Assembly (NCBI RefSeq): GCF_020401865.1
Contig: NZ_JADCAS010000003.1
Source: Phenylobacterium sp.
GTDB taxonomy: Bacteria; Pseudomonadota; Alphaproteobacteria; Caulobacterales; Caulobacteraceae
Strand: one strand, 5' to 3'
Length of the DNA: 64,000 nt
Notes under the pieces: generated by a model
What the model saw: the letters and a program-made list of their open reading frames with translations, nothing else
Databases searched by the model: none
Told to the model about the DNA's origin: nothing
Part shown: piece by piece, positions 30,070 to 39,784 of the stretch
How the letters are laid out: every line of letters starts with the position of its first letter
How positions within the stretch are numbered: the first letter of the stretch is position 1
Position numbers and translations under genes: made by a program

Positions 30070-32541
30070 CTAGCGGCCCAGCATGGACAGGCGCCGAAGG
30101 GTGGCGTCATCCAGGAGTCCCGTCGGGGGCGCCTTCTGGTCCTTCTGGTAGGCCTCGATGGCGGACCTCAACTGGGGTGTGACCGCGCCGTCGGCGGGGC
30201 CGGAATAATACCCCAGCCGACCCAGAGCCCGTTGAGCCACGCGGATGTCCTCGGGCGACTTTGTAGCTGTGGCGGAGAGCAGAGGTCTCAGGCGCTCGAC
30301 CTGACGGAGCGCCTCGCCATCGCCGCCCTCGGCTGCGCGGGAGTACCAGACGAAGGCCTGGCGGAGGTCCTGAGGCACCCCCATGCCACGCTCGTAGACG
30401 GCCCCAAGATTGAACTGGCTCCCGACCAGCCCGGCTTCGGCCGCCCGTCGAATCCAGCCCACTGCAGCGGCCGGGTCGCGCGGGCCATTGGCGCCGTTCA
30501 TAAGCGCGAGGCCGTAGCCGTGCATCGCCACCCGGTCGCCGGTCTCGGCCGCCCTGCGCAGCCAGGAGCGCGCCAGGGCGGGGTCCTTTGCCAGGCCGGC
30601 CTCGCCTCCGTCGTAAAGACCGGAGAGAACCCTCATGGCCGGGCCATAACCGGCTCCGGCGAGGGCCTGAATCTCTGCGGCGGCGCCAGAGCGACCGGCG
30701 GCGAGATCAGTCTGCGCCTTGCGGAAACGCGCCTCCGGGCTGGGACGCCCTGAAGGGCTGGTCTCCTGGGGCTTCACCCCACTCGGCGCGGCCACGGGGA
30801 CAGGAGCCAGGGCGACAGCGGCCCGGACAGAAGCGGGCTGCGAGGGCGAAGCGCCCGGCGGTTTTGGCGCGGACGCCAGGACGCCGGGCTCGGTCCTCGA
30901 AGCTCCCGGACGGGCCAGGTCCTGGTCGCCCTTGTCGAAGAGACTGAGAACCCCGAAGCCCACAAGAGAGGCCGAAACGCAGAAGACGGCGAGAGAAGCG
31001 AGGCCAGGTCCTGCGAAACGGCGCGGCTTCAGTGCAGGCCGGGCAGGAGACAGGTCCCAGCTCTGAAAGGCCGGGGCTTCGGCCTCGCCGAAAGGCCGGT
31101 CCGCCGCTTCCGGCGACTCCGGGGTGTTTCGAGCATTGGCGGCCCGAGCCTCGGCCAGGAGATCCAAGGGCCAGTCCTCGCCCCGGCTGTCATCGATCTC
31201 ATGCTCGGGTAGGCGGATCCCTGATGTCCCAGCCTCATTGGCCGCGAGAGGCTCCTCGTCGTCATCGAAGAGGGACAGGGTCCGGTCGCGCTCATCCTCG
31301 ACGGGCTGGAAGACTGCGGCGGAACCCCGGACCGGCGGGAAGTGGGCATCGAGGCGAAGCCGCGCCTCCTCGAGCAGCCGGGCGGTACGATCTTCGCTCT
31401 GGCGTATCCGCCGGGATATGTCGTCTCCTCCCGGACGGTCCTGGCCGCCAACCGCCTCTGGAGCCTGTCCGCCAGTCTGGTGGCCGTCGGGGTTCATCCC
31501 CGCTCCGAGCCGGTCTCCGATCCGGGCGATCTCATCGCCCAGGCGAACGAGCGTGGCGGTCCGGTCCGGATCTGCGCGGGACAGCCGACTCTGGAGGTTC
31601 TCGCTGATCCGCCCGGCTTCCTCCGCCGGGCGCCACTCGGGGGCGGCGTCCGCTACCGGGGCGGACGAAGGAACCGATCCGGCCCTCTCTCGCTCGACTC
31701 TTTCGACCTTCTGGGAAAGTTCGGCGAGAACGCGCTCGAGGTCCGAGATCCGGCGTCCCGATGTCTCGTTAATCTCGCGGGACATCTCATCCCGAGCCGC
31801 GTCAAGCCTTTCGCCAAGGCGGAAGGAGACCTCCCGCAGTCTGTTCTCGATCCCCTCGCCAGCCGTGGCTTCAAGGCGGGCAAGCCGCTGGTCCAGCCCC
31901 TGGAAGGTTTCTCGCAGCGTATTCATTGCTGCGGCGGTCCTGTCCTGGATCTCGTCGACCCTGATGGAGATCTGGTCGACCCCCAGGAGGGGCGTTTCGG
32001 GTCTGGCTTCCGCCTTTTCCAGGCGGATCCGGACGCCCTCCAGAGCTTCCCGGGTGCGCGCCTCGCCTTCCTGCATCTGCTCCGAAAGGCGACTCAGCGC
32101 GGACTCCAGCGCCCGAAGCACGCCCTCGGATCGATCCGAGCGCGGCGCTTGGGGTTGGGCGGGAGCCGCGCGCGCCACCGCATTTTCAAGCCGTCCAAGC
32201 GTCGCCCGGACTGTGGTCTCCAGACTGGAGATCGCCTGGCCAGCGCGCGTCTCGGAACCCTCGAGCCGGTCGGCCAGCCGGTCGAGAACCTCCGTCAGCC
32301 GACGAAGTTCGCCTTCGGGTCTGTCAAAGGGATCCTGCACAGCGCTAGCGTCAGAAGCCGAAGCGTATGCAGCCGGGCCAGACCGCAACCGCGCTCCTGA
32401 GGCCTGCGGGGCTTCACCTTCAAGGATTGACCGGTTGAGCCACTCGCCGAGGGTCATCCCCGCCCGAGCAGCGAGTTCCTTGGCGACTTCGCGGGCCTTC
32501 GGGTCGATACCCTTGACGCTCCATGGCGCCCCTGCCGTCAT
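30070..32541 (-). CDS. podJ: Polar organelle development protein PodJ
   Basis: N-terminus MTAGAPWSVKGIDPKAREVAKELAARAGMTLGEWLN, coiled-coil region, single TM, Sel1/TPR repeats and C-terminal PG-binding domain. Confidence 0.88.
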   Translation of the reverse strand: MTAGAPWSVKGIDPKAREVAKELAARAGMTLGEWLNRSILEGEAPQASGARLRSGPAAYASASDASAVQDPFDRPEGELRRLTEVLDRLADRLEGSETRAGQAISSLETTVRATLGRLENAVARAAPAQPQAPRSDRSEGVLRALESALSRLSEQMQEGEARTREALEGVRIRLEKAEARPETPLLGVDQISIRVDEIQDRTAAAMNTLRETFQGLDQRLARLEATAGEGIENRLREVSFRLGERLDAARDEMSREINETSGRRISDLERVLAELSQKVERVERERAGSVPSSAPVADAAPEWRPAEEAGRISENLQSRLSRADPDRTATLVRLGDEIARIGDRLGAGMNPDGHQTGGQAPEAVGGQDRPGGDDISRRIRQSEDRTARLLEEARLRLDAHFPPVRGSAAVFQPVEDERDRTLSLFDDDEEPLAANEAGTSGIRLPEHEIDDSRGEDWPLDLLAEARAANARNTPESPEAADRPFGEAEAPAFQSWDLSPARPALKPRRFAGPGLASLAVFCVSASLVGFGVLSLFDKGDQDLARPGASRTEPGVLASAPKPPGASPSQPASVRAAVALAPVPVAAPSGVKPQETSPSGRPSPEARFRKAQTDLAAGRSGAAAEIQALAGAGYGPAMRVLSGLYDGGEAGLAKDPALARSWLRRAAETGDRVAMHGYGLALMNGANGPRDPAAAVGWIRRAAEAGLVGSQFNLGAVYERGMGVPQDLRQAFVWYSRAAEGGDGEALRQVERLRPLLSATATKSPEDIRVAQRALGRLGYYSGPADGAVTPQLRSAIEAYQKDQKAPPTGLLDDATLRRLSMLGR

Positions 32542-32595
32542 GCGAATCGCTCTCCCAGTCGCTCCTCTATGGTCTACCGAGCCGGCTTTCAGGTG

Positions 32596-32610
32596 TAAAC
32601 GCGAGGTTAA
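32596..32610 (-). promoter_or_regulatory. CtrA-binding site upstream of podJ
   Basis: Minus strand TTAA-CCTCGCG-TTTA (TTAA-N7-TTAA consensus, one mismatch) about 55 bp upstream of the podJ ATG. A GANTC site (GAATC) sits next to the start. Confidence 0.65.
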
Positions 32611-32683
32611 CCGGTTCGGCTTCAAGCCCCTCGACACCCTGTGGATAGTTGGCGACCCGGAGCTGCAGGCGGAGCTTCAACCC

Positions 32684-32896
32684 ATGGATATGAAAGTCAC
32701 CCTTGCGGCTCTGGCGGCGGCGGCGGGCATGGCGCTATTCGCAGGGTGGCGCGGCGCCCGCCCACCCGATTTCCGTAAAGGGCCTCGGATGGTCCCCTGG
32801 CGCCCCCTGATGGTGGCCTTCGCAACCGCCTTCCTGATCCTCCTGGTCCACCTTGTGAACCTGCTAGGGGTGAAGACGGGTCAGACCATACCCTGA
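32684..32896 (+). CDS. Small two-TM hypothetical membrane protein (70 aa)
   Basis: MDMKVTLAALAAAAGMALFAGWRGARPPDFRKGPRMVPWRPLMVAFATAFLILLVHLVNLLGVKTGQTIP. Divergent from podJ; it is the tail of the 590-aa shadow ORF in the track. Confidence 0.7.
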   Translation: MDMKVTLAALAAAAGMALFAGWRGARPPDFRKGPRMVPWRPLMVAFATAFLILLVHLVNLLGVKTGQTIP

Positions 32897-34617
32897 GCCG
32901 GCTCTCCCAAAGCGACAGGACCGGGCGCAGGCTCTGCCTTTCGGGGCGGCGGGATCTCAGCCTTCTTCGGCCTCCTTGTGAGCCCGGCCAGACCACCGGA
33001 TGACAAGAGGCTGACGTCCGCCAGCAGGATGGCGATCGCCCACTTCGCCGGAGCCGCCGCATAGCGCGGTTCCCAGTTCGGATGGAACTTGTCCTTGTAA
33101 CTTCGGACGCCCTGGAAGTTGTAGACGTCCTCGCCGAGGTCGAACATCAGTCGTCCGACCCTGGTCATGACCGGCGCCAGAGGCCGGTCCTCCAGGCCCG
33201 CCAGGGGAGCGTTCCCGAAATCCAGGTAGCCGTATCCCTGCTCGCGGCCCCAGCTGATCAGCTCCACAAACAGGAAGTCCATGATCCGCTTAGGCGCAGC
33301 CCAATTGTAGCGCATCAGGTCGATGGAGAAGGCGTCCCGGCAGGCTGTCGGCCAGAGATTGGCGAAGGCGACGATACGCCCCTCCCACCGGGCGATGGCC
33401 ACCGGGAACTCCCGCAGGTAGCGGGGGTTGAAGCCGCCGAGGGCGAAGGCCTTGTCGCCGCCGGACTGCCGCGCCAACCACTCGTCCGAGATCGCCGACA
33501 GTTCGGGAAGGATGTCGTCGATCCCCCCGGGCGGGATCACCTCGAACTCTGCGCCACCGTCCCGCACCTGCCGCCAGGCCCTGCGGATCTTGGCCCGTGT
33601 CTGGCCCTCGAAGGCGAAATCCTGGATGGGCAGGCGCGCGCATTCGCCGATCTTCTGGATGGAGAAGCCCAGTTCGACGATGTCGGGAAGGTCGTCGGGC
33701 CCGATGCCGTAGAGGCCCGGCCGGGCGGCGTGCGCATCGGCCAGTTCGCGGAACCTCCAGAGAAGCTCAAGGCGCTCGTCGCGACGTCCGACAGGCCCGC
33801 CGAGGGCGATCCAGGAGCGGCCGCGAACCCCAAACATCAGGAAGCTCTGGCCAGACTCCGAGAAGAGGAAGCGCTTGTCCCCGAACAGGGCGAGATTTGA
33901 GATGGGCTCGGCGGACTCCGAGGCGGCGAGCACCGCCCGGACCCGCTCGAAGTCGGGGTCATCCTCGCCGATCACCCTAGGGGTCGCCGCGGTGGCTACC
34001 AGCCGCCAGAGGCCAAAGCCCAGGAAGGCCAGGGCGGCGCCTGCCCAGGCCCGGATGGACCTCGCCACGTCTCCGTCGACCATCGTGCTCCAGAAGGGCC
34101 TGTCCTCGTAGCTCACATGGCTGAAGAACCAGAGGCCCAGAAGGCCGGCGCCGGCGACAGCCGCGCCGGCGGACAGCAGCCAGCCCGGCGAGACCTCCAT
34201 CTGGGAGAGGGCCGCCTTGCGAGGAAAGGCCGCCCTCAGCGGGGCGAGGAAGGCGCCGATCGCCGCCAGTATCATGCCCTCCTCCCAGATCAGTCCCTTG
34301 GACAGGGACAGGAGCGCGGTCACGAACAGGACGGCGACGCTGGCGGCCCAGGCGGCGTCGAGTCGCGACCGGAGGCCAAAGGCCAGCATGACCAGGACCA
34401 GACCCAGTACGCTGGACGCGAAGTGGCTCACGTCAATGACCAGGGTCGGCAGGGCGAGCGACAGGCGCATGAAACGTTCGGGCGAGGAAGGCGTAGCTCC
34501 GGAGGCGATCAACATCGCCCCGGCGGCCATCACCAGGACGGCTCCCGCCAGGGGGGCCGCCGCAAGGACAGCCGGTCTGAACTCGCGTCTGAGCGCCATC
34601 TCTAACCTGTGAAACAT
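32881..34617 (-). CDS. MprF-like aminoacyl-phosphatidylglycerol synthase (about 6 TM + DUF2156 domain), no N-terminal flippase region
   Basis: SHFASSVLG, LALFGDKRFLF, WIALGGPVG, FSIDLMRY, MDFLFVELI, GNAPLAG and YNFQGVRSYKDKFHPNWEPRY. Confidence 0.85.
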   Translation of the reverse strand: MFHRLEMALRREFRPAVLAAAPLAGAVLVMAAGAMLIASGATPSSPERFMRLSLALPTLVIDVSHFASSVLGLVLVMLAFGLRSRLDAAWAASVAVLFVTALLSLSKGLIWEEGMILAAIGAFLAPLRAAFPRKAALSQMEVSPGWLLSAGAAVAGAGLLGLWFFSHVSYEDRPFWSTMVDGDVARSIRAWAGAALAFLGFGLWRLVATAATPRVIGEDDPDFERVRAVLAASESAEPISNLALFGDKRFLFSESGQSFLMFGVRGRSWIALGGPVGRRDERLELLWRFRELADAHAARPGLYGIGPDDLPDIVELGFSIQKIGECARLPIQDFAFEGQTRAKIRRAWRQVRDGGAEFEVIPPGGIDDILPELSAISDEWLARQSGGDKAFALGGFNPRYLREFPVAIARWEGRIVAFANLWPTACRDAFSIDLMRYNWAAPKRIMDFLFVELISWGREQGYGYLDFGNAPLAGLEDRPLAPVMTRVGRLMFDLGEDVYNFQGVRSYKDKFHPNWEPRYAAAPAKWAIAILLADVSLLSSGGLAGLTRRPKKAEIPPPRKAEPAPGPVALGEPAQGMV

Positions 34618-34758
34618 GGAACCGGACCCGTGCTTTACTCTCGCAAGGTTAAGAGATGGGTTCCAGACGCGAGGGATCAAACCCAATTTGCGAATGTCTT
34701 GCTCCCGCCGGGCCGACCGCTAATGTGGCGCGCGCCCGATCACAGATGGAGGAATCCC

Positions 34759-35982
34759 ATGGCCGATTTCGGCGGAGAGAGCCTTGAAGCCTTCCGAAGG
34801 GAGGTCTGCGGATGGCTGGAAGCCAACTATCCCGAAGAGCTCCGCAGGGGCGACGCCCGCACCGACCCCGAGGCCATCTGGGGCGGGCGCCCCTTCATCG
34901 GTTCGCAGGACCCTCAGATCGTCTGGATGCGCCGCGTCGCCGAGAAGGGCTGGACCGCGCCGACCTGGCCGGTCGCCTACGGTGGCGGCGGCCTCTCGCC
35001 TGACCAGGCCCGGGTGATCGAGCAGGAGCTGGCGCGCGGCCGATACCGCCCTCCCCTCTCCTCCTTCGGCCTCTGGATGCTGGGTCCGGTCCTGCTGGAG
35101 TACGCCAACGAAGCGCAGAAGCTCGAGCACATGCCTCGCATCGTCCGCGGTGAGGCGCGGTGGTGCCAGGGGTACTCCGAGCCAGGCGCCGGCTCGGACC
35201 TGGCGGGCCTTCAGACCCGCTGCGAGGACAAGGGCGACCACTGGCTGATCAATGGCCAGAAGATCTGGACCAGCTACGCCAACAAGGCCGACTGGTGCTT
35301 CTGTCTGGTGCGCACCGACACCTCCAAGAAGCATGAGGGGATCTCCTTCGTCCTCATCGACATGCGCTCGCCTGGCGTCGAGACCCGGCCGATCCAGCTG
35401 ATCTCGGGAGAAAGTCCCTTCTGCGAGACCTTCTTCACCGACGTGAAAATCCCCAAAGAGAACCTGGTGGGTCAGGTCAACGGCGGCTGGCAGATCGCCA
35501 AGCGCCTGTTGCAGTACGAGCGGCAGAATATCTCGGGCGGGTTCGGCCCGGGAGAACGGGCCAGCGGCTCCTCGAGCGATCTGGGTGTGATCGCCAAATC
35601 CTACCTCGGCGTGGATGAGACCGGCGCCCTGTCAGATCCCGACCTGCGGGGCCGGATCACCCGCAACAAGATGGACTTCGACTGCTTCTACAAGACGCTG
35701 AACCGGATCGCGGCGGAGTCCAAGGCGTCCAACGGCCCGTCAGCGGCGACCTCAATCATCAAGTACTCGGTGGCGAGCTTCGCCCAGGAGCGGTCGGAGC
35801 TGATCGTCGAGATGATGGGTAGCCAGGGCCTGGGCTGGACCGGAGACGACTACGCCCCCCAGGAGATCGGCGCGGTGCGCGGCTGGCTCCGGGCGAAAGC
35901 GAACTCGATCGAAGGCGGAAGCTCCGAGGTCAACCTCAACGTGATTTCAAAACGCGTTCTGGGCCTGCCCGATCCCAAGTAG
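34759..35982 (+). CDS. Acyl-CoA dehydrogenase, catalytic (PimC/ChsE-alpha-like) paralog 1
   Basis: GGAGG SD; WCQGYSEPGAGSDL, NGQKIWTS, LLQYER and NSIEGGSSEVN. Confidence 0.92.
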   Translation: MADFGGESLEAFRREVCGWLEANYPEELRRGDARTDPEAIWGGRPFIGSQDPQIVWMRRVAEKGWTAPTWPVAYGGGGLSPDQARVIEQELARGRYRPPLSSFGLWMLGPVLLEYANEAQKLEHMPRIVRGEARWCQGYSEPGAGSDLAGLQTRCEDKGDHWLINGQKIWTSYANKADWCFCLVRTDTSKKHEGISFVLIDMRSPGVETRPIQLISGESPFCETFFTDVKIPKENLVGQVNGGWQIAKRLLQYERQNISGGFGPGERASGSSSDLGVIAKSYLGVDETGALSDPDLRGRITRNKMDFDCFYKTLNRIAAESKASNGPSAATSIIKYSVASFAQERSELIVEMMGSQGLGWTGDDYAPQEIGAVRGWLRAKANSIEGGSSEVNLNVISKRVLGLPDPK

Positions 35983-36024
35983 GGACGGGGCGCACAGGGC
36001 GGATTTCTTCAGGAGACGAGGCGG

Positions 36025-37236
36025 ATGGCGGATTTCGGCGGCGAAGACCTCGAAGGTTTCAGGGTCGAGGCCCGGACCTGGCTGGAGGACAACTTCCCCA
36101 GGGCCCTGGCGCAGGATCCCGCGGCCCAGGTGGCCGCGATGGGGGGCGGCCGCGAGAGCGAAGAGGCTCGCCTGTGGCGCGAGCGCATGGGCGCCAAGGG
36201 CTGGGGCGTGCCGACATGGCCGGCGACCTACGGCGGCGGCGGCCTCTCGCGGCCCCAGGCCCGCGTCCTGGCCGAGGAGATGGCCAGGATCGGCGCCCGT
36301 AACCCGATCGGGGGCATGGGGGTCATGATGTTCGGCCCCACCCTGCTCGAGTACGGAACCGAGGCCCTCAAACGCCAGCACATGCCTGGCATCGTCACCG
36401 GCTCTGTGCGCTGGTGCCAGGGCTACTCGGAACCCGGTTCGGGTTCGGACCTCGCCTCTCTGCAGACCCGGTGCGAGGACAAGGGCGACCACTGGCTGAT
36501 TAATGGCCAGAAGATCTGGACCTCCGGCGCCAACATCGCCGACTGGTGCTTCTGCCTGGTGCGCACCGATACATCCAAGAAGCACGAGGGCATTTCCTTC
36601 GTCCTCATCGACATGCGCACGCCCGGCGTCGAGGTCCGTCCGATCAAGCTGATCAACGGTACCTCGCCGTTCTGCGAGACCTTTTTCACCGACGTCAAGG
36701 CTCCCAAGGACCAGCTCTTCGGCCCCCTCAACGGCGGCTGGACGGTGGCCAAGCGCCTTCTCCAGTTCGAGCGGGACAATATCTCCGCCGGCCTCGGCGG
36801 CGGCTCCATCGGCGCGCCCGTCTCGGCGCTTACCGTCCGCGAGGCGGCGCTGGACTATGTGGGCCTGGACGAGGACGGTCGCCTCGCCGATCCCGACCTT
36901 CGGCGTCGGATCGTCGACCATCTGATGGAGACCCAGGCCTTCCAGCAGACTGTTCGCCGGGCGGCCGATGAGTCCAAGTCCAACCAGGGTCCGTCCGCAG
37001 TCACCTCCATCATGAAGTACGCAGGCGCCAAGATCGCCCAGGAGCGGAACGAGCTGATCGTCGAGTCCCTGGGGACGGCCGGCCTGGGCTGGGAGGGGGA
37101 AGGCTTCTCAGCCCCCGAACTGGCCGCGGTGCGCACTTGGCTGCGGGCGAAGGCGAACTCCATCGAGGGCGGCACCTCGGAAATCAATCTGAACGTGGTC
37201 TCCAAGCGTGTCCTGGGACTTCCCGATCCGAAATAA
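36025..37236 (+). CDS. Acyl-CoA dehydrogenase, catalytic paralog 2
   Basis: WCQGYSEPGSGSDL, LLQFER and NSIEGGTSEIN. Confidence 0.92.
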   Translation: MADFGGEDLEGFRVEARTWLEDNFPRALAQDPAAQVAAMGGGRESEEARLWRERMGAKGWGVPTWPATYGGGGLSRPQARVLAEEMARIGARNPIGGMGVMMFGPTLLEYGTEALKRQHMPGIVTGSVRWCQGYSEPGSGSDLASLQTRCEDKGDHWLINGQKIWTSGANIADWCFCLVRTDTSKKHEGISFVLIDMRTPGVEVRPIKLINGTSPFCETFFTDVKAPKDQLFGPLNGGWTVAKRLLQFERDNISAGLGGGSIGAPVSALTVREAALDYVGLDEDGRLADPDLRRRIVDHLMETQAFQQTVRRAADESKSNQGPSAVTSIMKYAGAKIAQERNELIVESLGTAGLGWEGEGFSAPELAAVRTWLRAKANSIEGGTSEINLNVVSKRVLGLPDPK

Positions 37237-37305
37237 GCGACTCGCGAAACCGGGCCCTTATGGTATGATTGGGCATAAGATATTGAATTTTAGGGAGTAT
37301 TTCTG

Positions 37306-38514
37306 ATGGCCGATTTTGGCGACAGTGGACTCGAAGCCTTCCGGACCGAAGCCCGGGACTGGCTTGAGGCGAATTTCCCCGCCTCCCTGCGCAAGGACCT
37401 CTCGGCGCTCGAGGCCATGGTCATATCGCCCGAGCCGCCCAAGGGCGACTTCGCAGTCTGGAAGGAGCGCATGGGCGCCAAGGGCTGGGGTGTACCCACC
37501 TGGCCGACCCAGTACGGCGGCGGCGGGCTCTCCCGCGATGAGGTCCGCATCCTCCAGCAGGAAATGGCCGCCATCGGCGCTTTGAATCCCATCGTCGGCA
37601 TGGGCGTCAGCATGTTCGGGCCGACCCTTCTGGAGTACGGGACCGAGGCCCAGAAGCAGAAGTACATCCCCGACATCGCGCGTGGCCGCGTCCGCTGGTG
37701 CCAGGGCTTCTCCGAGCCGGGCGCCGGGTCTGACCTCGCCTCGCTCCAGACCCGGGCCGAGGACAAGGGTGACCACTTCCTGGTCAACGGTCAGAAGATC
37801 TGGACGTCGGGCGCCCAGTGGGCCGACATGATCTTCTGCCTGGTCCGCACCGACACCACCAAGAAGCACGAGGGCATCTCCTTTGTGGTCTTCTCGATGC
37901 GCCAGCCCGGCGTCGAGGTCCGGCCGATCCGGCTGATCGCCGGCAACTCGCCCTTCTGCGAGACCTTCATCACCGACGTGAAGGTGCCCAAGGAGGACCT
38001 GGTCGGACCGCTGAACGGCGGCTGGTCGGTGGCCAAGCGGCTCCTGCAACATGAGCGCAGCGGCATGGACGGCGCCCGCCGGGGTCCCGCCCAGAAGGTC
38101 ATTCTCGGCCAGCTGGCGAAGAAGTACATGGGCGAGGACGAACAGGGCCGGCTCGCCGATCCGGACCTGCGCACCCGCATCATCATGAACGAGATGGACC
38201 AGGCGGCTCTCCAGGCCACCGTCCGCCGCGCTGCCCTGGAGTCCCGCGGCAACGCCGGGCCAAGCGCCACGACCTCGATCATGAAGAACGCCAACATGAA
38301 GATCGCCCAGGACCGGGCGGAGCTGACACTTGAGTTCATGGGCCACCAGGGCCTGGGCTGGGAAGGATCCGACTTCGCCACCGAAGAGCTTTCAGCCGTT
38401 CGCGGCTGGCTCTCCGGCAAGGCAGGATCGATCTATGGCGGCTCGAACGAAGTCCAGAGCAACATCATTTCCAAGCGCATTCTTGGCCTGCCCGACCTGA
38501 CCCAGTCGCGCTGA
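37306..38514 (+). CDS. Acyl-CoA dehydrogenase, catalytic paralog 3
   Basis: WCQGFSEPGAGSDL, LLQHER and GSIYGGSNEVQ. Confidence 0.92.
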   Translation: MADFGDSGLEAFRTEARDWLEANFPASLRKDLSALEAMVISPEPPKGDFAVWKERMGAKGWGVPTWPTQYGGGGLSRDEVRILQQEMAAIGALNPIVGMGVSMFGPTLLEYGTEAQKQKYIPDIARGRVRWCQGFSEPGAGSDLASLQTRAEDKGDHFLVNGQKIWTSGAQWADMIFCLVRTDTTKKHEGISFVVFSMRQPGVEVRPIRLIAGNSPFCETFITDVKVPKEDLVGPLNGGWSVAKRLLQHERSGMDGARRGPAQKVILGQLAKKYMGEDEQGRLADPDLRTRIIMNEMDQAALQATVRRAALESRGNAGPSATTSIMKNANMKIAQDRAELTLEFMGHQGLGWEGSDFATEELSAVRGWLSGKAGSIYGGSNEVQSNIISKRILGLPDLTQSR

Positions 38515-38542
38515 GCCGTTTTTTTTCTGAAGGAGACGTTTC

Positions 38543-39748
38543 ATGGCAGATTTTGGAGGCGGCGATCCGGAAGCCTTCCGCAAGGAGGTCCGCGAGTGGG
38601 TCGAGGCCAATTTCCCCGCCGAGCTGAAGGGCCGGCCCAACCCGATGATGCGCGAAGAGCGCGCCAAGCCGACCGAAGCCCAGGAAGCCTGGCGCAAGGC
38701 GGTCGGTTCGAAAGGTTGGGGCACCCCCACCTGGCCGAAGGCTTATGGCGGCGGCGGCCTGGGGGCAGCCGAAGCCCGCATCATCCAGCAGGAATTCGGC
38801 CGCGCCGGCGCCTACAACCCGATCGGCGGCATGGGCGTGATGATGTTCGGCCCGACGCTACTGGAGTACGGCACCGAGGATCAGAAGCTGGAGCACATCC
38901 CGCCGATCTGCCGCGGCGATGTTCAGTGGTGCCAGGGCTTCTCAGAGCCGGGCGCCGGTTCCGACCTGGCGGCCCTGCAAACCCGAGCCGAGGACAAGGG
39001 CGACCACTTCCTCATCAACGGCCAGAAGATCTGGACCTCTGGAGCCCAGTTCGCCGACTGGTGCTTCTGCCTGGTGCGGACGGACACCTCGAAAAAGCAT
39101 GAGGGCATCTCCTTCGTCCTCTTCACCATGCATCAGCCGGGCGTTGAAGTGCGCCCGATCAAGCTGATCGCCGGCAGCTCGCCCTTCTGCGAGACCTTCT
39201 TCACTGACGCCCGGGCCGAGAAGAAGAACCTGGTCGGACCGCTCAACGGCGGCTGGACCATCGCCAAGCGCCTGCTCCAGCACGAGCGCGGCGGCCTCTC
39301 CGGCGCCGGTGGCGGCGGCGGCATGGGCGGCCGGTCCCTGGTGGACCTGGCCCGCGAGTATGTCGGCGTGGACGCCCAGGGCCGGATCGCTGACCCGGAC
39401 CTGCGCACCCGCGTCGTCCAGCACGAGATCGAGGGCCGCTCCTTCCAGCAGACCGCCGTACGCGCCATGCTGGAGAGCAAGGGCAATTCCGGCCCGAGTG
39501 CGGCGACCTCGATCATGAAGAACGCCGGCACGAGCTGGATGCAGATGCGTCACGAGCTCACCCTCGAGATCATGGGCCACCAGGGCCTCGGCTGGGAGGG
39601 CGACGCCTTCAAGCCCGAGGAGCTCGGCGCCGTCCGCGGCTGGCTGGGCGGCAAGGCCTTCACGATCTACGGCGGCAGCCAGGAGGTGCAGAGCAACATC
39701 ATCTCCAAGCGCATCCTCGGCCTGCCCGACCTCACCCAGCACAACTGA
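38543..39748 (+). CDS. Acyl-CoA dehydrogenase, catalytic paralog 4
   Basis: WCQGFSEPGAGSDL, LLQHER and FTIYGGSQEVQ. Confidence 0.92.
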   Translation: MADFGGGDPEAFRKEVREWVEANFPAELKGRPNPMMREERAKPTEAQEAWRKAVGSKGWGTPTWPKAYGGGGLGAAEARIIQQEFGRAGAYNPIGGMGVMMFGPTLLEYGTEDQKLEHIPPICRGDVQWCQGFSEPGAGSDLAALQTRAEDKGDHFLINGQKIWTSGAQFADWCFCLVRTDTSKKHEGISFVLFTMHQPGVEVRPIKLIAGSSPFCETFFTDARAEKKNLVGPLNGGWTIAKRLLQHERGGLSGAGGGGGMGGRSLVDLAREYVGVDAQGRIADPDLRTRVVQHEIEGRSFQQTAVRAMLESKGNSGPSAATSIMKNAGTSWMQMRHELTLEIMGHQGLGWEGDAFKPEELGAVRGWLGGKAFTIYGGSQEVQSNIISKRILGLPDLTQHN

Positions 39749-39784
39749 CATCCACCGACACGACGAGATTAAGGATCAACTGAA

